From positions 9,726-73,725 of the forward strand of contig CACIQL010000004.1 of NCBI GenBank assembly GCA_902588785.1: a DNA stretch of 64,000 nt. The letters are read 5' to 3'. The notes beneath the pieces were generated by a model. The model searched no databases, had not been told where the DNA came from, and worked only from the letters and a program-made list of their open reading frames with translations. This DNA comes from an uncultured Pelagibacteraceae bacterium (GTDB taxonomy: Bacteria > Pseudomonadota > Alphaproteobacteria > Pelagibacterales > AG-422-B15). Both the position numbers and the translations under genes were made by a program. Shown here one piece after another: positions 8,479-20,502 of the stretch; the first letter of the stretch is position 1, and each line of letters begins with the position of its first letter.

Positions 8479-8555
8479 TGGTGGGCCCACTAGGACTCGA
8501 ACCTAGGACAACTCCGTTATGAGCGGAGGGCTCTAACCAACTGAGCTATGGGCCC
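8479..8555 (-). tRNA. tRNA with CAT anticodon, most likely tRNA-Ile2 (lysidine type)
   Basis: GGGCCCATAGCTCAGTTGGTTAGAGCCCTCCGCTCATAACGGAGTTGTCCTAGGTTCGAGTCCTAGTGGGCCCACCA: full cloverleaf, encoded CCA, no fMet features, and located after rpoD like E. coli ileX. Confidence 0.93.
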
Positions 8556-8565
8556 TTACAAAACT

Positions 8566-8594
8566 TTTATACACAGAGAATTGTAGTCTTACAA
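8566..8594 (-). promoter_or_regulatory. Sigma70-type promoter for the CAT tRNA
   Basis: Minus strand TTGTAA-17 bp-TATAAA with TGTG before the -10, about 10 bp upstream of the tRNA. Confidence 0.6.
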
Positions 8595-8595
8595 A

Positions 8596-10611
8596 CTAGT
8601 TTTTATCAAGGAAGCTTTTTAAAAGCTTTGCTCGAGTTGGATGCTTTAGTTTTCTGAGCGCTTTTGCTTCAATCTGTCTAATTCTCTCCCTAGTAACTGA
8701 AAATTGTTGCCCAACTTCCTCAAGTGTATGGTCAGAATTCATACCAATACCAAATCTCATTCTCAATACTCTTTCTTCGCGAGGGGTTAAAGACGATAAT
8801 ATTTTGGTAGTAGTTTGTCTCAAATTAGAGTGAATCGCTGCATCGATTGGAATTACAGCATTCTCATCTTGTATAAAGTCACCTAAGTGACTATCTTCTT
8901 CATCGCCAACTGGAGTTTCAAGGCTTACAGGCTCTTTTGCTATTTTTAAAACTTTTCTGACTTTCTCAAGAGGCATATTTAATTTTGTAGATATTTCTTC
9001 AGGTGTTGGTTCCCTTCCTATTTCATTTAAAAGCAACCTTTGTGTTCTTACAATCTTATTGATTGTTTCTATCATATGCACCGGTATACGAATAGTTCTA
9101 GCTTGGTCCGCTATTGATCTAGTAATTGCCTGCCTGATCCACCAAGTTGCATAAGTTGAAAATTTGTAACCTCGTCTATATTCAAATTTATCTACCGCTT
9201 TCATTAAACCGATATTACCCTCTTGTATTAAGTCTAAAAATTGTAAACCTCTATTCGTATATTTTTTTGCGATAGAAATTACTAATCTTAGGTTGGCTTC
9301 AATCATTTCTTTTTTAGCAATGCTTGACTCTCTTTCACCTTTTTGTACATTGCTTACAATTCTTTTAAATTCATTAAGCGTTAAACCTATATTACTTGCA
9401 GCGGCTCTAACCTCGTTCATTATATTTTTAATATTATTTTTTTCCTCTTTAACAAATTTTTCCCACCCAGAAAGTCTAGTAATCTTTCTTAACCAATAGG
9501 GATTATTCTCGTTTCCGATGTATTTATCTAAGAATTCGTCTCTTGAGATCTTATATTGGACTGCAAGTCTTAATAATTTACCTTCCAGAGATACTATGCT
9601 TTTATTAATTACGTATAACTTATTAATTAACTCTTCAATTTTATTTGTATTGATTTGCAAGCCTTTAATCAATTCAACAACAACAGCCTTTGAAGTCTGA
9701 TAGCTTTTTTCAGATCTTGCAGGAAATTCTTTGCCCTTTTCCTGAAATGCAATTTTATCCTTTTGTAGCTTTTGTAACTTTTTAAAACTTTTATTTAATT
9801 TTTTAAATGTTTCAAGGATCTGAGGCTTGAGCTCTTCTTCCATTATTGCAATTGAAACATTTAATTCATCATCAGCATCTTCGTATTCCTCAATTACTTG
9901 ATCTGAGGAAGTTTCAATCATTGGCTCTGTATCATCACCGTAAGTAGACGATTTCTTTTCAGCCTCTTTTCTTTTTCTAATTTCTTCTTTTTCTTCTTGT
10001 TCTTTTCTTTTTTTTGCTTCTTTTATTTTCTTACTCAGTTCTTTTTTATTTGGAGACTCCTCAAACAATGACTCAAGATCAATAACTTCTCTTAACGTTA
10101 TTTTTTCAGCAATTATATCATCCCTCCAATCAAGTATCGCTTGCAGCGTGAGTGGACTTTCACATAATCCAGAGATCATTGCTTCTTGGCCAGCTTCAAT
10201 TCTTTTAGCTATTGCAATTTCGCCCTCACGAGATAGTAAATCAACTGTTCCCATTTCTCTGAGATATAATTTAACTGGATCATCTGTTTTTTCTGTCCCT
10301 GATTTTGCTGAAGGCGACTCGTCATCTTTATCGTCATCATTATCGGAGTCGTCAGAGTCAATAATATCAAACCCGACTTGAGACAGCTTAGTTGTATATT
10401 GTTCAATCTGTTCAGAGGTAAATTTATCCTCTGGAAAAGATTTTTTAATTAATTCGTGGGTGAGATAACCGTCTTTTTTACCTTGCTTAATAAGCTTTTT
10501 TATTATGGATTTTTCTAGATCGAGGACAGGACCATCTTGATCATTTGCTTGTGCCTGTAAGCTTTCAGCTTCAGCTTTGACCTGCTTTTTTTTTCTACCT
10601 CTTTTCTTCAT
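8596..10611 (-). CDS. rpoD: RNA polymerase sigma factor RpoD (sigma70)
   Basis: [58 protein letters not shown] and [24 protein letters not shown]. Confidence 0.99.
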   Translation of the reverse strand: MKKRGRKKKQVKAEAESLQAQANDQDGPVLDLEKSIIKKLIKQGKKDGYLTHELIKKSFPEDKFTSEQIEQYTTKLSQVGFDIIDSDDSDNDDDKDDESPSAKSGTEKTDDPVKLYLREMGTVDLLSREGEIAIAKRIEAGQEAMISGLCESPLTLQAILDWRDDIIAEKITLREVIDLESLFEESPNKKELSKKIKEAKKRKEQEEKEEIRKRKEAEKKSSTYGDDTEPMIETSSDQVIEEYEDADDELNVSIAIMEEELKPQILETFKKLNKSFKKLQKLQKDKIAFQEKGKEFPARSEKSYQTSKAVVVELIKGLQINTNKIEELINKLYVINKSIVSLEGKLLRLAVQYKISRDEFLDKYIGNENNPYWLRKITRLSGWEKFVKEEKNNIKNIMNEVRAAASNIGLTLNEFKRIVSNVQKGERESSIAKKEMIEANLRLVISIAKKYTNRGLQFLDLIQEGNIGLMKAVDKFEYRRGYKFSTYATWWIRQAITRSIADQARTIRIPVHMIETINKIVRTQRLLLNEIGREPTPEEISTKLNMPLEKVRKVLKIAKEPVSLETPVGDEEDSHLGDFIQDENAVIPIDAAIHSNLRQTTTKILSSLTPREERVLRMRFGIGMNSDHTLEEVGQQFSVTRERIRQIEAKALRKLKHPTRAKLLKSFLDKN

Positions 10612-10612
10612 T

Positions 10613-12418
10613 TTAGTTTTTACTTATGCTTTCTTTCTTTATTCTCATAAAATTTTCAAAACTTTTTTCGTCCATTTTTTCCTCTAGATCATTTAAAGCA
10701 ATGTCTAGGTCACTTTCTTCAATTAAATTTTTATGTAAGTCTAACAGACTGATAAAGCTTCTTTCAACCTCTACCTTTTCATTCTTAATTATAGAGCTAT
10801 AAGTGCTTATTAGCTTTGGTTGAAATATATATGTAATCTCCTGATTTAATCCCCTATCGATTAAATAAGACTTAAAATCAAAGTTTTCAAGCTCTTTATC
10901 AACATTAGAAGCTGAGAATTCAAGGATTACAGATACCAATGATGACAAATTAAGATCATTAAAGCGAATTTTTCCTAGTTCTTCTGAGTACTTCGCAATT
11001 AAGAACGGATTCTCAATTAAGCAGATTAATATGATTTTCTCACGAACAACAGATTCATGGCTTTGCTTTTTAACTCTATCGCTGGCAAGCATTTCACTAG
11101 AAATCATATTTTTTTTTCTTTGATAATTTACATCGTAAGAAATTTTTCTATTAAATTTTAGTTCACTTAATTTATCATTAAAAAATTTGTTATAGTATTC
11201 ACGTACTGTTTTGTTATTTATTTTGTTTGTAAGTATTCTTATCCTTTTTTCAAAACCAGCTTTTTTCTCAGGTATGGAAATATCTTCTTTTTCAAGTTCT
11301 GTAGCCCAGATAAATTCAGATAATGATAGAGAGTTATCAATTACATCTTGCAAACTTGATGGGCTATTCTTATTTAAATAATCATCTGGATCATAATCTT
11401 TTGGTAATAAACAAAATCGAAGGGAATGGTCAGGTAATAAATTGTTCAATGCAAGTAATGCAACTCTCTGTGCTGCTTTTTGACCAGCTTCATCTCCATC
11501 AAACATAATTATAGGGTTTTGACAAACTTTCCAAGCTCGTTCAAGTTGGTAACTTGTAAGCGCTGTACCTAATGGTGCTACAGATGATTTAAAGTTATTT
11601 TGATATAGAGTAATAACATCCATATATCCTTCAACAATAATTAAATTTCTTGGTTTTCTATTTTCTTCAATTGCAAGATTTAAATTATAAAGTTGAAAAC
11701 TTTTTTTGAAAATTGGACTATCTGATGAATTTATATATTTTATATTGGAGTTATCTAGGGCTCTTCCTCCAAATGCAATTATGTTTGATTTATAATCTTT
11801 GATTGGAAACATAAATCGATTACGAAAGAAATCGTAAAATTCATCTTTTTTCTTATTTGATTTTTTAATTAGACCGATAGAGATTGCGTCATCAATGTTC
11901 GATCCTATTTTTTTTAAATGGTTATATAAATTATCATTGCCATTGCCAGAATAGCCTAATTCAAATTTTTGAATTATATTCTCATCAATTGATCTTTTAT
12001 CAATATACTTTTGAGCTACTGAACTAGCTTTTAATTGGTCCTTGAAATAATTGTTTGCTTCATTAATTATTTTTTTTAAGCTTGAAAAATCTTTTTCTAC
12101 ATAATTTGGATCTCGAATGATACCAGTTTCAGGATTCAAACCTGCTTGGTTAGCTAAATATTCAATTGACTCCGGATAAGACATATTTTTATGTTTCATT
12201 AAAAAAGAGAATATATCGCCATGTTCAGCGCTACTGAAACAATGAAAGAATTCTTTTTCATCGTTGACAGTGAATGAAGGTGTTTTTTCATTTTTGAAAG
12301 GACTTAGCCCAACAAACTCGTTTCCTCTTTGAGTAAGTTTTACAAACTTTCCAACAACATCTGAAACACGTAATCTTGTTTTAATTTCTCCAATAAACTC
12401 TTTTGAATATCTAGGCAT
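10613..12418 (-). CDS. dnaG: DNA primase
   Basis: [11 protein letters not shown] zinc-binding-type region, [34 protein letters not shown] and DPDD motifs. Confidence 0.98.
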   Translation of the reverse strand: MPRYSKEFIGEIKTRLRVSDVVGKFVKLTQRGNEFVGLSPFKNEKTPSFTVNDEKEFFHCFSSAEHGDIFSFLMKHKNMSYPESIEYLANQAGLNPETGIIRDPNYVEKDFSSLKKIINEANNYFKDQLKASSVAQKYIDKRSIDENIIQKFELGYSGNGNDNLYNHLKKIGSNIDDAISIGLIKKSNKKKDEFYDFFRNRFMFPIKDYKSNIIAFGGRALDNSNIKYINSSDSPIFKKSFQLYNLNLAIEENRKPRNLIIVEGYMDVITLYQNNFKSSVAPLGTALTSYQLERAWKVCQNPIIMFDGDEAGQKAAQRVALLALNNLLPDHSLRFCLLPKDYDPDDYLNKNSPSSLQDVIDNSLSLSEFIWATELEKEDISIPEKKAGFEKRIRILTNKINNKTVREYYNKFFNDKLSELKFNRKISYDVNYQRKKNMISSEMLASDRVKKQSHESVVREKIILICLIENPFLIAKYSEELGKIRFNDLNLSSLVSVILEFSASNVDKELENFDFKSYLIDRGLNQEITYIFQPKLISTYSSIIKNEKVEVERSFISLLDLHKNLIEESDLDIALNDLEEKMDEKSFENFMRIKKESISKN

Positions 12419-12465
12419 AAATAAAATATATTACTTGAACATAGTTAGCTATAACTACCAAGTAT

Positions 12466-12924
12466 CTATAAATTTTGAAGTTTTTCCTTTATAATTTTAC
12501 TTGCTAAAGAAATGTCAAGAGCTGGTGAGCTATTTTCCTTCAAATACTTTATCACTTTTCCTATTTCCTTTAGTGATTTTGCCTCAGTTGCACCAATCGC
12601 TTCTTCGCAAGCTATCACGGTCTCTTCCTCACCAAGTTGCTTTGGAAGAAACTCACTAATAATATCTATCTCGCTATTTTCTTTCTGAACAAGTTCATCT
12701 CGTCCAGCTTTTTTAAACATATCAATCGAATCATTTCTTTGCTTTACCATTTTTTTGAGAAGACTAATAACCGTATCATCTGAAATGGTAGAATCTTCCC
12801 CTGAGGATCGACTTGCAATTTCTTTATCTTTAATAGCAGCTAGTACTAGTCTTAATGTATGGATTCTCTCTTTATCCCCATTTTTGAGAGCATTAGATAA
12901 TTCGGTTGTGATGTTTTCTTTCAT
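12466..12924 (-). CDS. GatB/YqeY domain protein
   Basis: TLRLVLAAIKDKEI, KMVKQRNDSI and EFLPKQL; conserved position before dnaG. Confidence 0.93.
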   Translation of the reverse strand: MKENITTELSNALKNGDKERIHTLRLVLAAIKDKEIASRSSGEDSTISDDTVISLLKKMVKQRNDSIDMFKKAGRDELVQKENSEIDIISEFLPKQLGEEETVIACEEAIGATEAKSLKEIGKVIKYLKENSSPALDISLASKIIKEKLQNL

Positions 12925-13002
12925 TTGAGATAAACATAAAATCTACATCATCAGATATATTGTGGCAATAATAGATCTAATATTTATTATCTTATCTAAC
13001 TA

Positions 13003-13031
13003 TTGCATGAATTCCCCATTTGCACTAAATT
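13003..13031 (+). promoter_or_regulatory. Candidate sigma70 promoter of carAB
   Basis: TTGCAT-17 bp-TAAATT about 25 bp upstream of the carA ATG. Confidence 0.4.
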
Positions 13032-13055
13032 TCTATAAATCTAGAATCACTACAT

Positions 13056-14204
13056 ATGGTTAATACGAATAGGTTGAAAAAAGATCTCTCATCAACTCGA
13101 CCTAAACCTATTGAAGGTCAACTTATTCTAGAAGATGGCTCCCGATATAATGGACTAAAAATTGGCTCTCCTAATATGGAAATAGGAGAAGTTTGTTTTA
13201 ATACCTCAATGACAGGTTATCAAGAAATAATAACTGACCCCTCTTATGCAGGACAAATAATCAATTTTACTTTTCCTCACATTGGCAATGTAGGTACAAA
13301 TCTTGATGATAACGAATCTAGTAAACCGTATGCAAAAGGAGTCATAATTAATTGTGATATTTCTGATCCATCAAACTATAGATCCATCCTTCATCTTGAT
13401 GCGTGGCTTAAAAAAAACAACGTACCAGGTATTTGTAATATTGATACCAGACTAATTACAAATAGAATCCGTTCTAAAGGTGCGCCGAAAGGTGGTATTA
13501 TCGAAGGTCCAATAAACAATAAAAAAACTGCATCCTTTTTAAAAGAAATAAAAAAATGGAAAGGGCTTAATGGACTTGATCTGGCTATCGATGTTTCACG
13601 CAAAGATGTAAAAATTTATAAAACTAAAAAAAGTTCAAAACTAAAAGTAGTAGCAATAGATTATGGAATTAAGCAAAATATATTAAATTGCTTATTAGAT
13701 CTAAATCTAGAGGTTATTTTAGTTCCTGCTAAAACTTCCGTAGATAAGATTCTTTCTTATAGTCCTAATGGTATTTTTCTTTCGAATGGTCCAGGTGATC
13801 CGAAAGCAACAGGAAAATACGCTATTCCAATTATAAAAAAACTAATCAAATCAGGGATCCCATTATTTGGAATATGTCTTGGTCATCAACTTATTTCTCT
13901 AGCATTAGGGGCAAAGACAAAAAAAATGTTTCAAGGTCACAGAGGGGCTAATCATCCCGTAAAAAATCTTGAAACAGAAAAAGTAGAAATCACATCTCAA
14001 AATCATGGTTTTGAGGTAACTGAAAAATCTATTCCAAAAGATGTAAAAATAACTCATAAATCATTATTCGATGGAAGTGTTGAAGGTATAAGAAAAGGAA
14101 GAAATATATTTGCAGTTCAATATCATCCAGAAGCAAGTCCTGGACCACACGATAGTCATTATCTTTTTCAAGAATTTAAAAAAATGATTAAAAAAAATGC
14201 CTAA
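13056..14204 (+). CDS. carA: Carbamoyl-phosphate synthase small subunit
   Basis: [36 protein letters not shown] and [12 protein letters not shown]. Confidence 0.99.
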   Translation: MVNTNRLKKDLSSTRPKPIEGQLILEDGSRYNGLKIGSPNMEIGEVCFNTSMTGYQEIITDPSYAGQIINFTFPHIGNVGTNLDDNESSKPYAKGVIINCDISDPSNYRSILHLDAWLKKNNVPGICNIDTRLITNRIRSKGAPKGGIIEGPINNKKTASFLKEIKKWKGLNGLDLAIDVSRKDVKIYKTKKSSKLKVVAIDYGIKQNILNCLLDLNLEVILVPAKTSVDKILSYSPNGIFLSNGPGDPKATGKYAIPIIKKLIKSGIPLFGICLGHQLISLALGAKTKKMFQGHRGANHPVKNLETEKVEITSQNHGFEVTEKSIPKDVKITHKSLFDGSVEGIRKGRNIFAVQYHPEASPGPHDSHYLFQEFKKMIKKNA

Positions 14205-17200
14205 GAGAAAAGATATAAAATCTATTTTAATTGTTGGAGCTGGTCCAATAATAATCGGACAAGCATGCGAGTTCGATTATTCAGGAACACAGGCATGTAA
14301 GGCATTACGAGAAGAGGGTTATAGAGTAATTCTAATTAATTCTAATCCTGCAACTATAATGACTGACCCTGACACTGCTGATGTAGTGTACATCGAACCA
14401 ATCACTCCTGAGATTGTTGCAAAAATAATTAAGAAAGAAAAACCCGATGTACTTCTGCCAACAATGGGTGGTCAGACAGCATTAAACATTGCAATTGAAC
14501 TTTCCAAAAATGGAACATTAAAAAAATATAAAGTTGAGTTAATTGGTGCAAATCTTAAAGCAATCAAAAAGGCAGAGGAAAGGGAAAGTTTTTATAAAGC
14601 CATGACAAAGATTGGTTTGGAATGCCCAAGAGCAGAGATTGCAAGAAATTTTAAAGACGCAAAAAAAGCTCTAAAGAAAATTGGATTGCCTGTCATCATA
14701 AGACCATCTTTTACACTTGGAGGTACGGGTGGAGGGATCGCAACTACCGATAAGCAGTTCGAAGAAATCGCGAATTCTGGACTTTATAATTCACCGATAA
14801 ATGAAATTTTAATTGAAGAGTCTGTAGCTGGGTGGAAAGAATTCGAAATGGAAGTTGTGAGAGACAAAAATGATAATTGTATAATCATATGCTCAATTGA
14901 AAACGTAGACCCTATGGGGGTGCATACGGGTGACTCAATAACAATAGCTCCTGCACTTACTTTAACTGATAAAGAATATCAAATTATGAGAAACGCATCC
15001 ATTGCATGTCTTAGAGAAATTGGCGTTGAAACTGGAGGCTCTAATGTTCAATTTGCTGTTAATCCAAAAAATGGAAGGCTTGTAATTATTGAAATGAACC
15101 CAAGGGTTTCTAGATCATCTGCTTTAGCTTCAAAGGCAACAGGTTTTCCAATTGCCAAAGTTGCTGCTAAACTGGCAGTGGGGTACACATTAGATGAACT
15201 AACTAACGAAATTACGAAAGTTACACCAGCATCGTTTGAGCCAACAATTGACTATGTGGTTACAAAAATTCCAAGATTTACTTTTGAAAAATTTCAATTA
15301 ACGCAACCCTTACTGTCGAGTTCAATGAAATCTGTTGGCGAAGTCATGGCTATTGGAAGGTCATTTCCAGAGTCATTGCAAAAAGCAATGAGGTCGCTTG
15401 AAACAGGTTTGAATGGCTTAGACGAAGTAACTGTTAGTATGAATAAAAAAAAGCTCACAAAGAAAAATATTTTATCTGAACTTAAGAAACCTCTAGCAGA
15501 TAAACTATTATTAGTAGCTCAGGCACTACGTTTTGGATTAGATATAGATCAAATTCATAAATCCTCAAAAGTTGATCCATGGTTTATTGGTCAAATAAAG
15601 AGGATAGTTGATACGGAAAAAATCTTAAAGAAAGGATTGCCACGAAACGCTAGAGAACTGCTTAGAATAAAATCTTTGGGGTTTTCAGACAAAAAAATAT
15701 CACAGCTCTGCAATACGCAGGAAGAGAAAATTTTTAATATGCGTGTCAAAAACAAAATTTTTCCTGACTTTAAAAGAATAGATACCTGTGCTGCCGAGTT
15801 TGAAGCTAAGACCCCATACATGTACTCAACTTACTCAAAAAATTCTTTAAATAGTGATGCATGTGAATCCAGTCCAACAAGTAAAAAAAAGGTGGTTATT
15901 CTTGGAAGTGGTCCAAATCGAATTGGACAGGGTGTTGAATTTGATTATTGCTGCTGTCACGCATCATTTGCCCTTAAAGAATTAAAATATGAAACAATCA
16001 TGATTAACTGTAATCCGGAAACAGTTTCTACCGATCCAGATACCAGTGACAGACTTTATTTTGAACCACTTACTAATGAAAATGTATTTGAAATTATTAG
16101 AAAGGAAAAAAACAATGGAGAGCTTTTAGGGGTTATTGTTCAGTTCGGCGGTCAGACGCCTCTTAAGTTGTCTGATTATTTAAATAAAATGAATATACCA
16201 ATTTTGGGCACTTCGACTGAGTCGATCGATACTGCTGAAGATAGAGAAAAATTTAAAAAGATTTCTGAAGACTTAAATCTATTGCAACCAGCAAATGGTA
16301 TCGCATATTCTGAAAAAGAAGCTAACTCAGTAATTAAGAAAATAGGTTTTCCAGCAGTGATAAGGCCATCATATGTTTTAGGTGGAAGAGCTATGGAAAT
16401 TGTTCACAATGAAGATGAATTAAAAAAATACTTTAAAGAAGCTGTTGTAGTCAGTGGTAAAAGCCCTGTTCTAATTGATCACTATTTGAAAGACTCCATT
16501 GAAGTAGATGTCGATGCTGTGTCTGATGGCAAAAAAGTCATCATTGCGGGTATTATGGAACATATTGAGGAAGCAGGAATCCATTCTGGTGACTCGACAT
16601 GTACGTTGCCTCCTTACTCATTGTCAGAAAAAATCATTAAGGACATAGAAAAGCAAACCAAAAAATTAGCAATTGCGCTGAATGTGAAGGGCTTGCTGAA
16701 TATACAATTTGCAATTCAAAATAATAATATATTCCTGCTTGAAGTTAATCCTAGAAGCAGTCGAACTGTGCCATTTGTAGCTAAAGCTACAGGTAATCCA
16801 ATTGTTAAGATAGCACTAAGTGCAGCAATGGGAAAACCTTTGAATAAACATGAATTTAAAATTCGTAAGACTAATTGTATCTCAATTAAAGAACCTGTAT
16901 TTCCTTTTAAACGCTTTCCTAATGTTGATACCATCTTAGGCCCTGAAATGAAATCTACTGGTGAAGTAATGGCAATTGACATGTCATTTGAGTCAGCGTT
17001 TATAAAATGTCAATTAGCTTCATCAAACCCACTTCCAAAAAATGGTTCTTTATTCGTATCTGTAAAGGACTCTGATAAGCCAAAAATACTTCCAATTATA
17101 AGATCCTTTCAAAAATTAGGATTTCAAGTGAATGCTACTGCAGGAACAGCTGATTATTTGATGGAGGGTGGTGTTAAGGTTAAGAAAATTAATAAGGTTT

Positions 17201-17433
17201 CTCAAGGATCACCTCATATTGTTGAAGAGTTAATTAATGATAAAGTTGATATTATAATTAATACAACTGAAGGAAGAAAATCAATAAATGATTCCTTTGG
17301 TATAAGAAGAACTGCTCTAATGAAAAGTTTGCCGTACTTTCTTACAGTATCTGGTGCAAGGGCCGCTATTAATTCTATTAAAGAATTAAGAAATAATGAG
17401 CTGGAAGTTAACCCTATAACTAAATTTCATTAA
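14197..17433 (+). CDS. carB: Carbamoyl-phosphate synthase large subunit
   Basis: [30 protein letters not shown], two ATP-grasp halves, C-terminal MGS domain. Confidence 0.99.
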   Translation: MPKRKDIKSILIVGAGPIIIGQACEFDYSGTQACKALREEGYRVILINSNPATIMTDPDTADVVYIEPITPEIVAKIIKKEKPDVLLPTMGGQTALNIAIELSKNGTLKKYKVELIGANLKAIKKAEERESFYKAMTKIGLECPRAEIARNFKDAKKALKKIGLPVIIRPSFTLGGTGGGIATTDKQFEEIANSGLYNSPINEILIEESVAGWKEFEMEVVRDKNDNCIIICSIENVDPMGVHTGDSITIAPALTLTDKEYQIMRNASIACLREIGVETGGSNVQFAVNPKNGRLVIIEMNPRVSRSSALASKATGFPIAKVAAKLAVGYTLDELTNEITKVTPASFEPTIDYVVTKIPRFTFEKFQLTQPLLSSSMKSVGEVMAIGRSFPESLQKAMRSLETGLNGLDEVTVSMNKKKLTKKNILSELKKPLADKLLLVAQALRFGLDIDQIHKSSKVDPWFIGQIKRIVDTEKILKKGLPRNARELLRIKSLGFSDKKISQLCNTQEEKIFNMRVKNKIFPDFKRIDTCAAEFEAKTPYMYSTYSKNSLNSDACESSPTSKKKVVILGSGPNRIGQGVEFDYCCCHASFALKELKYETIMINCNPETVSTDPDTSDRLYFEPLTNENVFEIIRKEKNNGELLGVIVQFGGQTPLKLSDYLNKMNIPILGTSTESIDTAEDREKFKKISEDLNLLQPANGIAYSEKEANSVIKKIGFPAVIRPSYVLGGRAMEIVHNEDELKKYFKEAVVVSGKSPVLIDHYLKDSIEVDVDAVSDGKKVIIAGIMEHIEEAGIHSGDSTCTLPPYSLSEKIIKDIEKQTKKLAIALNVKGLLNIQFAIQNNNIFLLEVNPRSSRTVPFVAKATGNPIVKIALSAAMGKPLNKHEFKIRKTNCISIKEPVFPFKRFPNVDTILGPEMKSTGEVMAIDMSFESAFIKCQLASSNPLPKNGSLFVSVKDSDKPKILPIIRSFQKLGFQVNATAGTADYLMEGGVKVKKINKVSQGSPHIVEELINDKVDIIINTTEGRKSINDSFGIRRTALMKSLPYFLTVSGARAAINSIKELRNNELEVNPITKFH

Positions 17434-17915
17434 TCTAGAGGAACAGTACCCAGTTTCTTTGTATTTTTAATTACAAAAGCTGTTTTGACACTCAAAATAT
17501 TTTCACTTGAAGTCATATGTGTTGTTAAAAAATTATTAAATTCATTCATATTTTTCACTACACATTTAAGAATAAAGTCTATTTCACCATTTAACATAAA
17601 GCACTCTCTTATAGGTTCCAGGCCCCAAACCAGCTTTTCAAAAGACCCCAAGCTTTCTTCATTTTGATTTTTTAAACTTACAAATATCCATGCTACTAAG
17701 TCATATCCAAGCTTTGATGGATCTAGATTAGCACGAAAACCATCAATATACCCATTATCTTCTAAGTCTCTAACTCTTCTTAGTGTAGGCGGTGGAGACA
17801 TTTCAATTTTCTTAGATAGATCTAGATTTGAAATTCTTCCTTCATCTTGAAGTATTCGAAGTATTTTTAGATCAACACTATCTATTTCTTTTTTTACCAT
17901 CAGTCTACTGGCCAC
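17430..17915 (-). CDS. Lrp/AsnC family transcriptional regulator (probable start at 17900)
   Basis: [20 protein letters not shown]...[16 protein letters not shown] and a C-terminal RAM-type domain. Confidence 0.93.
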   Translation of the reverse strand: MASRLMVKKEIDSVDLKILRILQDEGRISNLDLSKKIEMSPPPTLRRVRDLEDNGYIDGFRANLDPSKLGYDLVAWIFVSLKNQNEESLGSFEKLVWGLEPIRECFMLNGEIDFILKCVVKNMNEFNNFLTTHMTSSENILSVKTAFVIKNTKKLGTVPLD

Positions 17916-18526
17916 TCTGTTTCAAAAGTAACATAATTTAATTGCAAGCAGCGTCTTTCTTTTTTAATTTTTTTCTTTTCAAGTCCGTGCCAAGAGTTTT
18001 CTTCTGAAGTAAAAATATACCCTGTATTATTTTTATAAGGTAGAGTTTTAGCAACTTTCAAATCTGGAGTATAAAAGTCTGTTCCTAAATTTTCATTTTC
18101 TCCGTATCTGTTTACAAACAAAATTGATGACATCAATTTTTCCTTGATGTCACAGTGAGGTTCAAGCCAAAATCCATCTCGATCGGCAATGACTTCTAAT
18201 CTAACATAAGAATTTTTTAGATCTTTATTGATCAGATTAGAAATGAAGTCAGTACATTCTTTTGATTGCATTTCTTTTACTAGCCCAGATAATTCAGAAT
18301 ATTCCTCTGCATTATCTTTATTGATAAATACTCTTAACTTACTAAGTAAGTTATCCCCTGTTTTATCTCCTGCTCTTGTACCATCAAAAATAACTTTACC
18401 TTCAGGAAAATTAATAGAATAAATTTCATCTATTGCTTTTTCTGAAAGAGGATTATTAATTATCCAATGATTAAAAGGTACATTGGAATGTGATAAATTA
18501 TTTTTCAAAGCATTGATTAATGTCAT
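17900..18526 (-). CDS. 2OG-Fe(II) oxygenase superfamily protein
   Basis: WLEPHCD (HxD), SWHG and RRCLQLNY jelly-roll motifs. Confidence 0.8.
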   Translation of the reverse strand: MTLINALKNNLSHSNVPFNHWIINNPLSEKAIDEIYSINFPEGKVIFDGTRAGDKTGDNLLSKLRVFINKDNAEEYSELSGLVKEMQSKECTDFISNLINKDLKNSYVRLEVIADRDGFWLEPHCDIKEKLMSSILFVNRYGENENLGTDFYTPDLKVAKTLPYKNNTGYIFTSEENSWHGLEKKKIKKERRCLQLNYVTFETEWPVD

Positions 18527-19497
18527 GCTTTTTTATTATACCTTTCTTCAATCATTCTGGCTACTTGGAAGGTCTCATTTTCATATGAATTTGTAAAGTC
18601 TTCGAGTTTTTCTCCTAAAAGCCTTGCGTAATTTTTTTGCAACAGCATCGTAATAAATTTATCTATTCTGTTATTTTTTTTTAAGCTTGGAAGTTTAAAA
18701 ATATATACTGGTTTAGTTGAAGATATAGATTCTGAAATTATTGAAACAGAGTCAGCTGTACAAATAAGATATTTAGAAAACTTCATTAAGGCTAAATAAG
18801 GATTACCTTCGCCGTTCCAAATAATATTCTGATCCAAAAAGCGTTCTTTCAAGTATTCGATAATAAATTGATCAGTTCTTCTTGAAAATAAAATGTATAA
18901 CTGAATATCATTATTTTTAATAATTTTATCAACTTGATCAGCTAATACCTTAACAACAGAGATATCGAAGCGATAGTTTCTGTTTTGACCACCTAAGAAA
19001 ATTGCACAAATAGGTTTTTCTATTTTTGAGAATTGAGCTGCGTAAAGCTCAGCCTCTTTGCTCAGTAGACTTTTATTTATATGATTAAGTGCCAAATCAG
19101 TTTTAAGCACGTTTTTACCTTTTAAATCATCATGCGCTGGAGCGACAACCAAATCAAAATGAGCTGGGTTGATTTTTGGATTTTGTATATGAATTGAAAA
19201 GACTTTATTTTTTAGGGATTTTTTGAGATGTAAAGATGCATAAATAGACCTCTTGCCACATGATATAATAATATCTGGAGGAATATTACTTTCTAAGCTT
19301 ATTTGTCTGTAATTATTAAATATAATTTTAGATGGTGGCAAAATTCCCACTGGAAGCTTATTCCAAGGAAATTTTAAATCTATTGTCTTTTGTTCAAAAT
19401 TTAAATTAAGAGCATCTGCAAGGCCTTTGACCTGACTGATCATTCCTGCTGATCCATCTGTTAGGCACCACGCTCTCAAATTCTTGAAATTGGTCAT
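18523..19497 (-). CDS. ELM1/GtrOC1 family putative glycosyltransferase-like protein
   Basis: LTDGSAGMISQVKGLA, PDIIISCG, IQNPK, APAHD, NPYLALM and TADSVS motifs. Confidence 0.88.
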   Translation of the reverse strand: MTNFKNLRAWCLTDGSAGMISQVKGLADALNLNFEQKTIDLKFPWNKLPVGILPPSKIIFNNYRQISLESNIPPDIIISCGKRSIYASLHLKKSLKNKVFSIHIQNPKINPAHFDLVVAPAHDDLKGKNVLKTDLALNHINKSLLSKEAELYAAQFSKIEKPICAIFLGGQNRNYRFDISVVKVLADQVDKIIKNNDIQLYILFSRRTDQFIIEYLKERFLDQNIIWNGEGNPYLALMKFSKYLICTADSVSIISESISSTKPVYIFKLPSLKKNNRIDKFITMLLQKNYARLLGEKLEDFTNSYENETFQVARMIEERYNKKA

Positions 19498-19569
19498 TTA
19501 ATAACTATCTATGTTGAATACAAAAGTTCTTTAATTACTAGAAGATAATATATAGATTATAAAAATTAA

Positions 19570-20502
19570 ATGCATTCAAAAGTTCTAATAATAGGATCAG
19601 GTCCCGCAGGATATACTGCTGCAATATATGCGGCAAGAGCAATGCTCGAGCCAACTTTAGTCCAAGGTTTACAGCCAGGTGGGCAACTTACAATAACAAC
19701 TGATGTCGAAAATTATCCTGGATACGGGGATGTAATACAAGGTCCATGGCTAATGGAACAAATGCAAGAACAAGCAAAAAATGTTGGAACAAATATTATA
19801 AATGACATTATAAAAAGTGTAGACTTTAAATGTAAGCCATTTAAGGCTATTAGCGAGTCGGGAACTGAGTATACTGCGGACTCAGTGATTATCTCAACAG
19901 GAGCTCAAGCAAGATGGCTTGGATTAGACTCTGAAAAAAAATTTCAAGGATATGGTGTTTCAGCTTGTGCAACTTGTGATGGCTTCTTTTTTAAGGAAAA
20001 AAAGGTAGCAGTCATCGGCGGTGGTAATTCAGCTGTTGAGGAAGCTTTATATTTAACAAACTTTGCATCTAAAGTGTACCTTGTTCATAGGCGTGATGAA
20101 CTTCGAGCAGAAAAAATTCTTCAAGATAGATTGTTTAAAAATGAAAAGGTTGAATGTGTGTGGGATAGTGAACTAAAAGAAATAGTTGGCGATGAAGATC
20201 CTCTAAATGTAAAAAGTATAAACATTAAAAATACAAAAACTAACGAAACCAGTAGTATCGAGCTAGACGGTGTCTTTGTTGCTATAGGGCATGATCCAGC
20301 TACTCAAATTTTTAGGGACCAAGTCGAGATGGATGAAGATGGATATATAATTACAAAACCTGATTCAACACTTACAAACGTTGAAGGTGTATATGCAGCA
20401 GGAGATGTGAAGGATAAAATTTATCGTCAGGCGGTTACTGCAGCTGGTATGGGTTGCATGGCAGCGCTAGAGGCAGAAAAATACCTAGCTGAATTATCTT
20501 AA
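19570..20502 (+). CDS. trxB: Thioredoxin reductase
   Basis: IIGSGPAGYTAAIYAARA, GVSACATCDG, GGGNSAVEEA and YRQAVTAAGMG. Confidence 0.99.
   Translation: MHSKVLIIGSGPAGYTAAIYAARAMLEPTLVQGLQPGGQLTITTDVENYPGYGDVIQGPWLMEQMQEQAKNVGTNIINDIIKSVDFKCKPFKAISESGTEYTADSVIISTGAQARWLGLDSEKKFQGYGVSACATCDGFFFKEKKVAVIGGGNSAVEEALYLTNFASKVYLVHRRDELRAEKILQDRLFKNEKVECVWDSELKEIVGDEDPLNVKSINIKNTKTNETSSIELDGVFVAIGHDPATQIFRDQVEMDEDGYIITKPDSTLTNVEGVYAAGDVKDKIYRQAVTAAGMGCMAALEAEKYLAELS

Larger units (their letters stand above)
7258..8524. mobile_element. Putative non-autonomous tRNA-integrated mini-island (1,221-bp unit, one cargo gene, no integrase)
   Basis: Bounded by the 46-bp tRNA direct repeats; internal TAATGACGAC/ATACGAC repeats near both ends. 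Confidence 0.75.

Noticed and set aside
8479-8555. Calling the CAT tRNA initiator tRNA-fMet
   Set aside because: It has a paired G1-C72 and lacks the three consecutive G-C pairs in the anticodon stem. Ile2 fits better, though elongator Met is not fully excluded.
8567-8575. TTATACACA, a DnaA-box match beside the CAT tRNA
   Set aside because: It coincides with the extended -10 (TGTG-TATAAA) of the tRNA promoter, which explains it.
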